A program made the position numbers and the translations under genes. 64,000 nt of DNA from Myxococcota bacterium. Lineage in GTDB: Bacteria; Myxococcota_A; UBA796; SXON01. The stretch spans positions 1-64,000 of the forward strand of contig JAZKFH010000042.1 of NCBI GenBank assembly GCA_040386535.1, read 5' to 3'. The notes under the pieces are model-generated. The model did no database searches. It had not been told where the DNA came from and was given only the letters and a program-made list of their open reading frames with translations. Within the stretch, counting starts at the first letter, position 1; each line of letters starts with the position of its first letter. Shown piece by piece: positions 40,352-50,867 of this stretch.

Positions 40352-41158
40352 ATGATCATCGCTCTTGTCGCGCTCAGCCTCGCCGAAGACCCCTCCAATG
40401 CTCCGATTGTCGCGACGGACCGCATCGCGGAACTCTCGCTCTCAAGGGTGGATGCGCCCCCTTCGTGGTCCGTAAAGGACGGGCGCGCTCACGACATCGA
40501 CGCGCGCACCTGGGCCATCCTCACGGGGGATGTGAACGTCCTCGGCAAGATCGAGGCCAGCCGGAAGAAGGGCCAGACGTTCGGCTGGGGGCTCGTCATC
40601 GGGGGGGGCGGCGTGGCCCTCTCGTCGATGATTCCCCTCTTCACGATCGAGGAGGCCCTCGGCACCAACGAGGGGACCGACGGCTTCAACGACATCGGCA
40701 CGCGGAACGATGTTCGCGTCGCGTCGGCATTTTCGTTGATCGGCGCCGGCGTCATCCTCGCGGGCACCGGCTTCGCGGCGCGGGCCATCGCGGACAACCG
40801 CGCGCTCCAGCTCTCCCGGCACCTCGACGCCGCCGAGGTCGACGCGTCGATCCTCGCCTACAACGCACGCCTGCAGGAGATCCTCACGGTGGTCCCCGCC
40901 GGCGCGCCCGAGGCGGTCATCGACGTGGAGGATCCGGGCACGGTCGCGCCGACCGGCGCCGCCACTCCCGAGGCGGCCACGGGCGGAGCGGCCCCCGTCG
41001 TCGCGCCCGCCCCCGTGGTCGCGCCGGTCGTCGCGCCCGCCCCTGTCGTGGCGCCCGCGCCCGTCGTCGCGCCGGCCCCGACCCCGGCCCCCGAGGCTGC
41101 CCCCGCGCCCGTCGTGACCCCCGCTCCGACCGGAGAGGCCGCTCCCCCGCCCAAGTGA
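40352..41158 (+). CDS. Exported or membrane hypothetical protein with Pro/Ala/Val-rich tail
   Basis: Short signal, two hydrophobic helices, (APVVAP)n repeat. Confidence 0.7.
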   Translation: MIIALVALSLAEDPSNAPIVATDRIAELSLSRVDAPPSWSVKDGRAHDIDARTWAILTGDVNVLGKIEASRKKGQTFGWGLVIGGGGVALSSMIPLFTIEEALGTNEGTDGFNDIGTRNDVRVASAFSLIGAGVILAGTGFAARAIADNRALQLSRHLDAAEVDASILAYNARLQEILTVVPAGAPEAVIDVEDPGTVAPTGAATPEAATGGAAPVVAPAPVVAPVVAPAPVVAPAPVVAPAPTPAPEAAPAPVVTPAPTGEAAPPPK

Positions 41159-41209
41159 CGCTCCCCCGCCCAACTCAAGGCACGCCCGAGTGAAGGCTGG
41201 TCGCCCCCC

Positions 41210-42121
41210 TCAGGGACAGCCGTCCAGCTGGGACTCGGGCAGCTCCGCCATCACGGAGGCGCTCCAATACACGCGGAGCTCCTCCTCCGTGCGCAGGGCG
41301 TGGTTGTCCGCGAGGGGATCCACCCCCGAGACACACCCCGCGCCCCCCGTGGCCGCGCCGGTCTGCGCCCACATGGCGGCGAACCCGGCGCCGTAGGACC
41401 CGTCGAGAGCATCGTCGCAATACGGGCCGACGAAGGTGACGTTGTCGCCACACTCGACATGCGGGAGCCCGCCGGAGCGGGCGTGGGCGGTCTCGTGCAC
41501 CACGGTGCCCGCCGCGCCCATCACGTAGTTGAGCCGCCCTTCGCGGGGCACGTGGTACCGCCCCTCCGTCCACTCCAGGCCGCCCCCCGCCTCGTCCGAG
41601 GCGTCCGGCGGAAGGAACACGACGTCCTCGATCCCCTCCGCGGAGAGGTCGTACAGGACGTGCGAGAGCGGGGCCGTGTCATCGAGGCCGAGCGCGGCCG
41701 CGGCGGCGCCCCACTCGTCGGCCCAGCGCTCGTCCACGTAGGGCCCGACCTGGAGGCCCCCGACCGTTCCGTAGTCGCTCGCCAACAGCCAATACAAGCC
41801 CCAGATCAGCACCACCATGCCGTCGGCGAGCCGGTCCCCGCTCGACGCCGCGAGGTGGTCGCCCAGGTCCCCCTGCGCGCCGGCTTCGGCCAGGAGCGCG
41901 TCGACATCCGCGCCCATGTCCGCGAGGATCGCCTCGCCGCACGCGGTGTCGATCCGGAGCGCCTCTCCCGCGCCGGCCGAGTCGCTCCACGGCAGCACCT
42001 CGCCCTCCGCGAAGCCGCACACCCCGCGAGTCACCGTCCATGCGTCGTCCCCCGCGCACGCGCCGAGCAACGGAAGCAACAGCCATCCCGCTCTCCCGCG
42101 CGCCCGCCGGGCGTCCCTCAT
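41210..42121 (-). CDS. Lipoprotein with HExxH (zincin-like) motif
   Basis: LLGAC lipobox; TVVHETAH; ATGA overlap with the upstream gene. Confidence 0.65.
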   Translation of the reverse strand: MRDARRARGRAGWLLLPLLGACAGDDAWTVTRGVCGFAEGEVLPWSDSAGAGEALRIDTACGEAILADMGADVDALLAEAGAQGDLGDHLAASSGDRLADGMVVLIWGLYWLLASDYGTVGGLQVGPYVDERWADEWGAAAAALGLDDTAPLSHVLYDLSAEGIEDVVFLPPDASDEAGGGLEWTEGRYHVPREGRLNYVMGAAGTVVHETAHARSGGLPHVECGDNVTFVGPYCDDALDGSYGAGFAAMWAQTGAATGGAGCVSGVDPLADNHALRTEEELRVYWSASVMAELPESQLDGCP

Positions 42122-42813
42122 CGCACCCCGGGCGTCCGGTCCCGCCACCCGTCGACCGCCTCGCGCGCCCGGGTCGCCGCCTTCGCGCCCCACAACGCCG
42201 TGATCGTGTCGGCGCAGCTCTCCGCCACCGTGGGCGCCCCCTGCGCCCCGATGCACGGGAACACCCGGGCGGGCCGAGAGCCCGCGAGGCGCGCGGTGTT
42301 GCGGTGGATGGCGGACAGGAGCGTGGTCCGCTCGTCGACCTCGACCAGCACCAGCGGGAACAGGCGGCACGCCAGCGGCTTGAGCGCTCCCCGTTCGCGG
42401 CCGGTGCTGTCCTCGAGGGTGTGGAGCCCGCAGCCGAGGCCCTCGGGCCCGAGCACCGCGAACACGCAGCGCTTCCCGGGCCGGCGAAGCGCGTCCCCCT
42501 CGTAGATCGCGGGCGCGCCGGCCGCCCAGCGGGGATCCCGCGGGGCCATGAAGTCGGCGATCTCGGGCAGCGCCGCGTCGATCGCCGCGCGTTCGTCGGG
42601 GGTCGGGCTCATCTCGAGGTCGGCGCAGCAGGACCGCGCGCCCGCGGCGCGGAGGCCGGGTGTGCACGCGCCGGTGGCGCAGGCCCACGACTGCGCCAGG
42701 GCGGGCAGATCGAGCAGGCGCCCCTTCCCGGCCTGCCCGAGGTTGTCGCGCGCGGCGAGCTGGAGCAGGTGGACGGTCCAGTCACCGCCGCTCGTGTCGT
42801 CGGAAGAGGCCAT
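42118..42813 (-). CDS. Cys-cluster protein, DUF3109/YkgJ-like
   Basis: SCC, CVF, CGLH, KPLACRLFPL motifs. Confidence 0.75.
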   Translation of the reverse strand: MASSDDTSGGDWTVHLLQLAARDNLGQAGKGRLLDLPALAQSWACATGACTPGLRAAGARSCCADLEMSPTPDERAAIDAALPEIADFMAPRDPRWAAGAPAIYEGDALRRPGKRCVFAVLGPEGLGCGLHTLEDSTGRERGALKPLACRLFPLVLVEVDERTTLLSAIHRNTARLAGSRPARVFPCIGAQGAPTVAESCADTITALWGAKAATRAREAVDGWRDRTPGVR

Positions 42814-42856
42814 TCGTAGGGCTAACCGGGCCGACGCCCCGGGACCTTTCGCGTGG

Positions 42857-44068
42857 CTACCGCGCCAGGGCCCCCGACCGGCCGGCCTCGAGCAGCGCCT
42901 GCGCCACGTCCGACCGCCAGGGGGGCAGGTTGTCACACCCGCGCACGTCCGGCGGCACGGTCCGTTCGGTCACGATCTCGGCGAAGCTGAGCTCGGGCTC
43001 GAAGTCGAAGCGCAAATCCCCGACGACGATCCGCTCCCCATCGCCGTCCCAGAAGGGTGCGCGCGCGAAGTGGAGGAAGGCGTCCACCCGGCACGACTCG
43101 GCGGCGAGGGCGGCGAGCTGGCCGACCGGCGCGACGAAGCGGCCGCCCCACACCACCGCAGCGTCGCTCGTAAGGTCGGGGTCGGCCATGGGCGCCGTCC
43201 GCGCGGCCGCGGGCCGCAGATCACACGCCGACGGGCTGGTGAGCGCCGGCGCCTGCGAGTACACCACGCTCCGGGCGTGGTAGTACGTCGTGTCGCGCGA
43301 GAGCACGAAGCCCTGCCAGCACCACGGTGTTGCCGGGCGGGGCGAGAGCACCACGTCGAGCACGACCTCGTCGGGGCGAGCCGCGCCGAACCGGGCGCGC
43401 AGCTCCGCGTCCGCGAGCCGGCTGGCCGCGCCGAACCCCACGAGCACGGCCGCCGTGAGGATCGCGGGCACCCCGACCCGGTCCCACCGCGCCTGGACCG
43501 CGCCGAGCGCGAGCACCGCCAGCGCCCACACCACCCCCGCGAGCGGCCCCAGCCCGACCGCCGTGATCCCCGCCAACACGAGCCCCAGCACCCCGAGGCC
43601 GATGCGTACGCCGCGCCGCGCCGCCGTCGTGAACGCGAGCGGGAGCAGCGCGAGCCAGAGCAGCGGCTCGAGGATGAAGATCATGTCCCCGTAGTGCCAG
43701 GCGTCCTCGAACGGCCAGAACGGGTGCACTCCGTAGCTGTTCCACGCGTCCGCCCCGATGTGGACGAACGCGCCGACCAGCGCGAGCCCGAAGAGCGGCA
43801 GCGGACGCGCCTCCGGATCCCGCCAGCGCGCGATCGCGGCGCATCCGAGCGCGAGCAGCGCGGCGCCCACGAGGGTGTGGGTGTGGCCGCGATGGTGCAC
43901 CAGGTACCCGAGCCGGGTGTCCTCGAAGAACGGGCTCAGCACGAGGTCGATGTCGGGCGCCTCGGAGGCGAGGATGGCGGCCCAGAGCGCCCCCCGGAGC
44001 GAGCCCACCCACGGCAGGGCGGCCCGCGCGAGCAGCACGCCGATCAGCGCGTGGGTCACGTTGTCCAT
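42857..44068 (-). CDS. Membrane-bound metal-dependent hydrolase (YdjM-like)
   Basis: MDNVTH, PDID, HRGHTH, H...D..N.YG motifs. Confidence 0.88.
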   Translation of the reverse strand: MDNVTHALIGVLLARAALPWVGSLRGALWAAILASEAPDIDLVLSPFFEDTRLGYLVHHRGHTHTLVGAALLALGCAAIARWRDPEARPLPLFGLALVGAFVHIGADAWNSYGVHPFWPFEDAWHYGDMIFILEPLLWLALLPLAFTTAARRGVRIGLGVLGLVLAGITAVGLGPLAGVVWALAVLALGAVQARWDRVGVPAILTAAVLVGFGAASRLADAELRARFGAARPDEVVLDVVLSPRPATPWCWQGFVLSRDTTYYHARSVVYSQAPALTSPSACDLRPAAARTAPMADPDLTSDAAVVWGGRFVAPVGQLAALAAESCRVDAFLHFARAPFWDGDGERIVVGDLRFDFEPELSFAEIVTERTVPPDVRGCDNLPPWRSDVAQALLEAGRSGALAR

Positions 44069-44134
44069 CCCCGCCGCTTAGCCCGCCGCGCCCGGATTGA
44101 GCGCGGCGGGCAGCCCCCCGATGCAGCGCCCCGG

Positions 44135-45094
44135 TCAGCCCCCCGCGACCACCCACGGAAACTCCGCCACCTCGGCGTCGAGCGACTTCGGGAAGCTCAT
44201 CGCGCGCACGGCGCCCACCACACACGCGCCGAGCGAGGGATCCGCCGTGGTGTTGTCGACCAGAAGCGGCTCGACGACGCGCCCGCCTCGGATCGTCCAG
44301 GACACGCTGACGCGCCCGCTCACGGTCGGATCCGCCTTGAGCGACCGCTCCAGGCACGTCACGATACGCCCCTGCGAGGCGCGCACCGTCCGCGCGATCA
44401 GCGCGGCGTCGCCCCCCGCGGTCACGGTCGTCTCCGGAGCCTGGGCCTCCACACGCGCCCGGATCGTCGGCGCCGCGGCGTCTCCGGTCCCGACGGCCCC
44501 GCCCCCGCCCAACCCCACGCCGACGGACAGGTCGCGCTCCCGCGCCATCTGCCGCATGCCGCCGTCCAACGTCGCCTCCCGCGTCCCCGTCACCCCATCG
44601 AGCGCCTGCTGGAGGCCCGGATCGTCCTTGTCGCCCAGGATCGCGTCCAGCGGGCTCGTCCCCGCGCCCAGCGTGCCAATCCACTCGTCCAGCAACACGC
44701 GGGGGCGAGCCGCCGTCGGGTCCGCTGGGGCGCTCTCCGTCGTTTCCGCGGAGGGTGCGCGGCCGGGCCCCCGGGCGCGCCCCTGCACGATCATCGGCAC
44801 GGGAATCGGCACCGGCGGCGCCTCCAACGCGAGCCGGACGGGCGGCGGCAGATCCCGCACCAGCCCCGCCGCGTCGGCGTCGACGAGGAGCGGCTCCGGC
44901 GGAGGCGTCATCACGACCCAGGCCCAGAACAGGCCCGCCGCCAGCGACAGGACGGTCAGGATCCCCACGAACAGGGGCTCGTCCACGGGCCCGGAGGCCG
45001 GGGAGCGGCTGGGCGTGGGGCGGGTCGGGCGGGGCGCGGGCGGGGGGTGCGCACCCGGAAGCACCGCGGCGGTCGGCGACAGATGGACGGGCAT
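44135..45094 (-). CDS. AgmX/PglI (GltG/TonB-C-like) C-terminal domain protein
   Basis: Single TM, Pro-rich linker, I..CLERSLK.DP...GRV.V.W.I...C.V..VR...FP. Confidence 0.75.
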   Translation of the reverse strand: MPVHLSPTAAVLPGAHPPPAPRPTRPTPSRSPASGPVDEPLFVGILTVLSLAAGLFWAWVVMTPPPEPLLVDADAAGLVRDLPPPVRLALEAPPVPIPVPMIVQGRARGPGRAPSAETTESAPADPTAARPRVLLDEWIGTLGAGTSPLDAILGDKDDPGLQQALDGVTGTREATLDGGMRQMARERDLSVGVGLGGGGAVGTGDAAAPTIRARVEAQAPETTVTAGGDAALIARTVRASQGRIVTCLERSLKADPTVSGRVSVSWTIRGGRVVEPLLVDNTTADPSLGACVVGAVRAMSFPKSLDAEVAEFPWVVAGG

Positions 45095-45245
45095 GAAAAC
45101 CTCGACCCCATCCACGACAGCGAGCGTACGGTCCAGTTCCCGCCCTGTAAGGCGCGTGTATGTGTAAGTGGCGCGACCTCGACACGACTCCTTCCTCAGC
45201 CATCTGTTCGAAGTTCCGGTAGACTGTTCGGCTCGGAGGCCCCCC

Positions 45246-47246
45246 ATGCCACACACCGGCATCCTCACCTTGCTCCTGCTCTCGGCCTGCACAGGCAAAG
45301 AAGGCCCGGGCACCGAAGACCCCGTGATCATCGAGTACGTCGACTCGGACGGCGACACCATCGTCGACCTTCACGAGGGCTACGTCGACGAGACGACCGC
45401 GGAGGACGGGGTCACCTCCGCCGACACCGATGGGGACGGCACGCCCGACTACCTCGACGAGGACAGTGATGGCGACGGCGTCTCCGACGCCGACGAGGCG
45501 GGGGACACCGATCCGCTCACCCTGCCGTGGGACACGGACGGGGACGGCGAGAAGGACTTCCACGACCTCGATGCGGACGGCAACTGCATCCAGGACGAGG
45601 ACGAGCCGAACGAGGACCTCGACGACGACGGCCTGAAGTCGTTCTCCGACCTGGACGACGACGGGGACGGCATCTCCGACTACCACGAGATCGGCGCCGA
45701 GTGCGGTCTCCCGGACTCCGACGGGGACGGCACGGCCGACTACCTCGACGATGACTCCGACGGCGACGGCGTGGCCGACCTGTACGAAGCGGGCACGTCC
45801 GCCTTCGAGGACGCCCCGCGCGACACCGATGCCGACGGCGTGCCCGACTACCTCGACAGCGACTCCGACGGCGACGGGTTCACCGACGCCGACGAGGCCG
45901 GCCGGGACAGGGACGAGCCCCGGGACACCGACGGGGACGGCAGCTACGACTTCGCCGACAGCGACAGCGATGGCGACGGCATCTCCGACGCCGAGGAGGC
46001 CGCCGCCGGGTACGACCCGTACGACAACGACTCCGACGGCGACGGCTTCACCGACGGCGCCGAGGTGGCGGCGGGCACCAACCCGATGGACGAGACGTCG
46101 ATCATCTCCGGCCTCTACGTCACCGTGCCGGAGCGCCAGTCCATCGAGGAGACGTTCAACTTCGAATTGAGCGTCCAGATGGGCGACGTGGCGTTCCTCC
46201 TCGACACGACCTGCTCGATGTCGACCACCCTCTCGGGCATGTCGGGCGAGTTCTCCCGCATCGTGTCGGAGCTCGCGTCGACCCTCCCCGACGCCCAGTA
46301 CGGCGTTGCGTCCTTCGACGACTACAACTACACCGGCTTCGGCACCTCCGGGGACAAACCCTTCGAGCTCGTGCAGCAGGTGACCGCGAACACCTCGACG
46401 GTGCAAGCGGCGCTCACCGGCCTGCGCATCCACAACGGAGGTGACGGCCCCGAGAGCTCCACCGAAGCGCTGTACCAAGCGCTCACCGGCGCCGGGTACG
46501 ACCAGAACTGCGACGGGCGCTACACCAACAACGCCGACGTGTTGCCCTTCTACTCGACGGGCGCCGACCCCTTCGGCGGTGCCGGGGGCCAGTCCTCCGA
46601 CGGATCGGGCACGGGCACCATCGGCGGGATGGGGTTCCGCGACTACTCGCTTCCCATCATCGTCTACGCCACCGACAACTACATGCGCGACCCCGATTCT
46701 TCCGACCGGACCTACAACGGCACGCCCGGCGGCTGCCCGGGCGACGCCGGGATGAGCGACGTGGTCACCGCCACGAACGACGTGGGCGCGCTCCTCATCG
46801 GCATCAACGTCTCGTCGTTCGGCAGCGAGCTGCCCGTGTCGCAGATGAACACGCTTGCCACGCGCACCAACTCCCTCGCCGACACCGACGGCGACGGCGC
46901 GGCGGACGACAAGCTGGTGTTCACCTGGACCGGCTCGAGCACTACCCTGCGCACGACCATCGTCAACGCGATCGCGGACGCCGTGAGCTCCGTCCAGTTC
47001 GACAACGTGTCCCTCCTCGTCGCGGGCGACGAGCACGGCTTCGTGTCCGACATCGAGCCCGCCAGCTACGCGATGTCCGGCTCGCCCGACGGCGAGTCGG
47101 TCGAGTTCACGCTCAACTTCCGCGGCGCCGTGGCGGCCCAGGCGGAGGACCAGATCTTCCTCGTCACCCTGAACGTCGTGGGGGACGGCACCGTCCTGCT
47201 CGACACCCTCGACATCTACGTCGTCGTCCCCGGGAGCGGCTCCTGA
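45246..47246 (+). CDS. Lipoprotein with Ca-binding DxDGDG repeats and integrin-beta-like VWA domain (CglD-like architecture)
   Basis: LSAC lipobox; DSDGDG repeats; MIDAS-like LLDTTCSM, GGDGPE, ATDN. Confidence 0.82.
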   Translation: MPHTGILTLLLLSACTGKEGPGTEDPVIIEYVDSDGDTIVDLHEGYVDETTAEDGVTSADTDGDGTPDYLDEDSDGDGVSDADEAGDTDPLTLPWDTDGDGEKDFHDLDADGNCIQDEDEPNEDLDDDGLKSFSDLDDDGDGISDYHEIGAECGLPDSDGDGTADYLDDDSDGDGVADLYEAGTSAFEDAPRDTDADGVPDYLDSDSDGDGFTDADEAGRDRDEPRDTDGDGSYDFADSDSDGDGISDAEEAAAGYDPYDNDSDGDGFTDGAEVAAGTNPMDETSIISGLYVTVPERQSIEETFNFELSVQMGDVAFLLDTTCSMSTTLSGMSGEFSRIVSELASTLPDAQYGVASFDDYNYTGFGTSGDKPFELVQQVTANTSTVQAALTGLRIHNGGDGPESSTEALYQALTGAGYDQNCDGRYTNNADVLPFYSTGADPFGGAGGQSSDGSGTGTIGGMGFRDYSLPIIVYATDNYMRDPDSSDRTYNGTPGGCPGDAGMSDVVTATNDVGALLIGINVSSFGSELPVSQMNTLATRTNSLADTDGDGAADDKLVFTWTGSSTTLRTTIVNAIADAVSSVQFDNVSLLVAGDEHGFVSDIEPASYAMSGSPDGESVEFTLNFRGAVAAQAEDQIFLVTLNVVGDGTVLLDTLDIYVVVPGSGS

Positions 47247-48304
47247 TGCGCACCTCCATCGCCTTGTTGACCCTCCTCTCCGCCTGCGCGAGCGACCGCG
47301 AATTCAAGCGTGTCGAGGACTACGGCGGCATCTACGAGAGCACGCTCACGGGCCGCGTGTGTGACGCGGACAGCGGTCGCTGGCTCGAGGGCGCCGTCGT
47401 CTACACACACATCGTGAACGACGCGGACGAGCTCATCGGCACCAAGGAGACCTACACCGGCGCCGACGGCACCTGGTCGCTCGACGAGCTCCGCGGCGAC
47501 CAGACCTACACGGTCTACGTGCAGTACGGCAACGAGATCATCGACATGTTCAACGTCGAGGTCCCGGACAACCAGGAGGTGCAGGTGCCCATGCCCGCGT
47601 GCGGCGCGGAGCTCGGCCGCGTGGCGGTCATCACCGGCAACTACGACGACTGGGAGAGCGTCCTGGCCGACGTGGGGGTCACCAACTACGAGCTCATCAA
47701 CGGCCTCACCGGGGACGAGCTCGGCCAGTTCCTCTCCGGCTCCGAGAACCTCGCCGAGTTCGGCGCGTTGTTCTTCGCGGGCGGCCACATCGAAGAGGAC
47801 GTGCTCTACGACACCGACGGCAGCGACGCCGCCGGCACCGTGACCGCCGTGCGCACCGCCGTGCGGGACTTCGTGTCCAACGGCGGCTTCGTGTACGCGT
47901 CGGACTGGTCGTACGACGTCATCGAGCTCTGCTGGCCCGACCGCATCGACTTTCTCGGGGACGACGAGGAGCCCGACGCCGCCCAGCTCGGCGAGCCCGA
48001 CACCGTGCGCTCCACCATCGTGGACGACGATCTCGAGGCGTCCATCGGCGGCGACCGCGTGGACGTGAGCTTCGACCTCGACACGTGGCCCGTCATCGAG
48101 AGCGTGGACGAGAACGTGACCGTGTACCAGCAGGCGGAGGAGGTCGGTTACCGCGAGGGCACCGAACAGCGCACCCAGACCGACGCCCCGCTGCTCGTCT
48201 CGTTCAGCCCGGACGACGGCCACGTCGTCTTCTCCAGCTGGCGCGTCGCGGCGAACCTCGAGGGCCGCGGGCCCGGCGTCATGCGGTTCGTGCTCGAGAA
48301 GTAG
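47246..48304 (+). CDS. Lipoprotein with carboxypeptidase-regulatory-like domain and GATase-like alpha/beta domain
   Basis: LSAC lipobox; TGADGTW; VAVITGNYD, FV.NGG..YASDW. Confidence 0.7.
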   Translation: MRTSIALLTLLSACASDREFKRVEDYGGIYESTLTGRVCDADSGRWLEGAVVYTHIVNDADELIGTKETYTGADGTWSLDELRGDQTYTVYVQYGNEIIDMFNVEVPDNQEVQVPMPACGAELGRVAVITGNYDDWESVLADVGVTNYELINGLTGDELGQFLSGSENLAEFGALFFAGGHIEEDVLYDTDGSDAAGTVTAVRTAVRDFVSNGGFVYASDWSYDVIELCWPDRIDFLGDDEEPDAAQLGEPDTVRSTIVDDDLEASIGGDRVDVSFDLDTWPVIESVDENVTVYQQAEEVGYREGTEQRTQTDAPLLVSFSPDDGHVVFSSWRVAANLEGRGPGVMRFVLEK

Positions 48305-48369
48305 GAGTTCGAGCAGGAGATCATGGGGCGGGGGGCGAGCCCCCCGCAACGCCCCCCGATCCAAGTAGA

Positions 48370-50610
48370 CTATCGGCCCGGCCGCCAACGCCGCAACAAC
48401 AGCGCGTTGGTCACCACCGACACGCTGGAGAGCGCCATGGCCGCGCCGGCGAACACCGGCGTGAGGAAGCCGAACGCGGCGAGCGGCAGGCCCACCACGT
48501 TGTAGACGAACGCCCAGAACAGGTTCTGGCGGATCTTGCGCGACGTGGCCCGGCTGATGGTGATCGCGTCGGCCACGAGATCGGGGTCGGGGCGCATGAG
48601 CGTGACCCCCGCGGTGTGCTTGGCAACGTCGGTGCCCGTGGGCATGGCGAACCCCACGTCGGCCGCGGCGAGGGCGGGCGCGTCGTTCACGCCATCTCCA
48701 ACCATGGCGACCACGTGGCCGCCGGCGCGCAGGGCCTGGACCTCGCGCGCCTTGTCCTGGGGGAGCACCTCGGCGATGACGCGCGGGATGCCGAGCGCCC
48801 GCGCCACGACCTCGGCGGTGGCGCGGTTGTCGCCGGTGAGCAGCACGGGCGCGATGCCCATCCGCACGAGCCGCGCGATGGCGGCCGCCGCGCCCTCCCG
48901 GATGCGGTCGGCGACCACGATGGCGCCCAGCAGGCGCTCCCCCTCGGCCACCCACATGACCGAGGCGCCCTCGGCCTCAGCGGCGGCGGCGCGCGCCTGG
49001 AGTGTGGCGATGTCGATGCTGCGCTCGGTCATCAGGCGCCGGCTGCCGATGAGCAGGCTCCGCCCCGCCACGAACGCCTCCAGCCCGCGTCCCGGCAACG
49101 CCGCGAACCGATCGAGGGCCTCCAGCCGCAGCCCCCGGGCCGCCGCCGCGCGGATCACCGCGCCCGCCAACGGATGTTCACTCCCGCCCTGCGCGGCCGC
49201 CGCGAGCGCGAGCAGCGCGTCCTCGCTCCCCTCCCCCCCCACGTCGGCCGAGGCAACGGTCACGAGCACCTCGCGCACCTCGGGCCGCCCCTCGGTGAGC
49301 GTGCCGGTCTTGTCGAAGACCACCACGTTGACCGCGTGCGCGCGCTCCAACGCCACCGCGTCCTTGATGAGGATGCCTGCCCGCGCGGCCGCGCCGGTGC
49401 CCACCATCAGCGCTGTCGGCGTCGCGAGCCCGAGCGCGCACGGACACGCGATGACGAGCACGCTCACGGCGTTCACGATGGCCTGCTCGATGGGCGCGCC
49501 CCCAACGAGCCACCACCCGACGAACGTGACCGCCGCGATTGCGATCACCACCGGCACGAACACCGCGGAGACGCGGTCCACCAGCTGCTGGATGGGCGCC
49601 TTGGCGGCCTGGGCGTCCTCCACGAGCGCCACGATGCGGGAGAGCGTGCTCTCCGCGCCCACCGTGGTCGCCTCGACGTGCAGCAGGCCGTCTCCGTTGA
49701 GGGAGCCGCCCACCACGGGCTGACCGACGCCGCGGCCCACCGGCAGGCTCTCGCCGGTCAACATCGACTCGTCCAGCTGGCTCTCGCCGCGCACGATCGT
49801 CCCGTCCACCGGCACCCGCTCCCCGGGCTTGACCACCACCACGCGCCCCCGCCCGACGGCCTCGGCGGGCACCTCGACCTCCAGCCCGTTCGTGAGCACC
49901 CGCGCCGTGGCCGGCCGCAGCTCCATGAGCGCGCGGATCGCCCGCGTGGTCGAACGTTTCGCGCGCTCCTCGAGGTACTTGCCGAGCCGGACCAGCGTGA
50001 TGACCGCCGCCGCGCTCTCGAAGTACAGGGCGCCCCCGCTCGCCAGCATCGCGAGCGACAACACGAACGCCGCGGTGGTGCCGAGCGCGACGAGCAGGTC
50101 CATGTTGGCGGAGCCGGCACGGAGCGCGCCCCAGGCGCCCCGGTAGAACCGCGCGCCCGCCACGAGCTGCACCGGCGTCGCGAGGAGGAGCTGCACCCAC
50201 CCCGGCGGCATCCAGTGGAAGCCGAGCGGATGGCCGACCATCGGGAGCACCAGCGGCACGGTGAGCGCGGCGGCGCCGATCAGGACTGCGAGATCGCGCC
50301 GGGCGTGCGTGGCCTCCACGGCCTCGGCGGCGGCGCGCGAGGCGGCGTCGGTCGGCGCCGGTGCCGCGGTGTACCCCGCGGCCTCCACCGCTCGCACCAG
50401 GGCGGGCACGTCGATGGCGCCGGGGGTGTACGCGACCGTCGCCACCTCCGTCGCGAGGTTCACCTGCACGGTCGTCACGCCCGCCTTGCGCCCGAGCACC
50501 TTCTCGATGCGCTGTGCGCAGGTGGCGCAGGTCATGCCGCCGATGGCGAGCCGTGCGGTCTGGAGCGGGGCGGGCTCGGGAGCGGGACGGGCAGAGGGAG
50601 TGGCTTCCAT
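48370..50610 (-). CDS. copA: Cu(I)-translocating P1B-type ATPase
   Basis: GMTCATC, TGES, CPC, DKTGT, SEHP, GDGVND, YN, MALSS. Confidence 0.93.
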   Translation of the reverse strand: MEATPSARPAPEPAPLQTARLAIGGMTCATCAQRIEKVLGRKAGVTTVQVNLATEVATVAYTPGAIDVPALVRAVEAAGYTAAPAPTDAASRAAAEAVEATHARRDLAVLIGAAALTVPLVLPMVGHPLGFHWMPPGWVQLLLATPVQLVAGARFYRGAWGALRAGSANMDLLVALGTTAAFVLSLAMLASGGALYFESAAAVITLVRLGKYLEERAKRSTTRAIRALMELRPATARVLTNGLEVEVPAEAVGRGRVVVVKPGERVPVDGTIVRGESQLDESMLTGESLPVGRGVGQPVVGGSLNGDGLLHVEATTVGAESTLSRIVALVEDAQAAKAPIQQLVDRVSAVFVPVVIAIAAVTFVGWWLVGGAPIEQAIVNAVSVLVIACPCALGLATPTALMVGTGAAARAGILIKDAVALERAHAVNVVVFDKTGTLTEGRPEVREVLVTVASADVGGEGSEDALLALAAAAQGGSEHPLAGAVIRAAAARGLRLEALDRFAALPGRGLEAFVAGRSLLIGSRRLMTERSIDIATLQARAAAAEAEGASVMWVAEGERLLGAIVVADRIREGAAAAIARLVRMGIAPVLLTGDNRATAEVVARALGIPRVIAEVLPQDKAREVQALRAGGHVVAMVGDGVNDAPALAAADVGFAMPTGTDVAKHTAGVTLMRPDPDLVADAITISRATSRKIRQNLFWAFVYNVVGLPLAAFGFLTPVFAGAAMALSSVSVVTNALLLRRWRPGR

Positions 50611-50867
50611 GGCCCACCTCTACTAAGCACGCGGCGCCGCTCGCGACGGCCACGCGCGTGTAGAACGTCCCGCGGAGTCGCGCCGTGTCAAATGTTCCAC
50701 ATCCAACACAGGGGTGCTGACGCTGGCTCGGCCCAACTTTTCACCGTCCAACCCCGCCCGTCGGGCCCCGACCCCAAAGCGCCGCTCCATCCGACCGCGA
50801 AAGTCGTAGCTGTTCGGCGTTCGCCTGCCTAGTATACGGGCCGCCCACCTTTCCCAGGATCGCACCG

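Noticed and set aside
43221..50832. Very long alternative ORFs (e.g. 43221..47036 minus, 47599..50832 plus; likewise 5068..7536 and 17064..19832)
   Set aside because: Arg/Gly/Val-rich shadow frames of real genes, expected in high-GC DNA; no motifs
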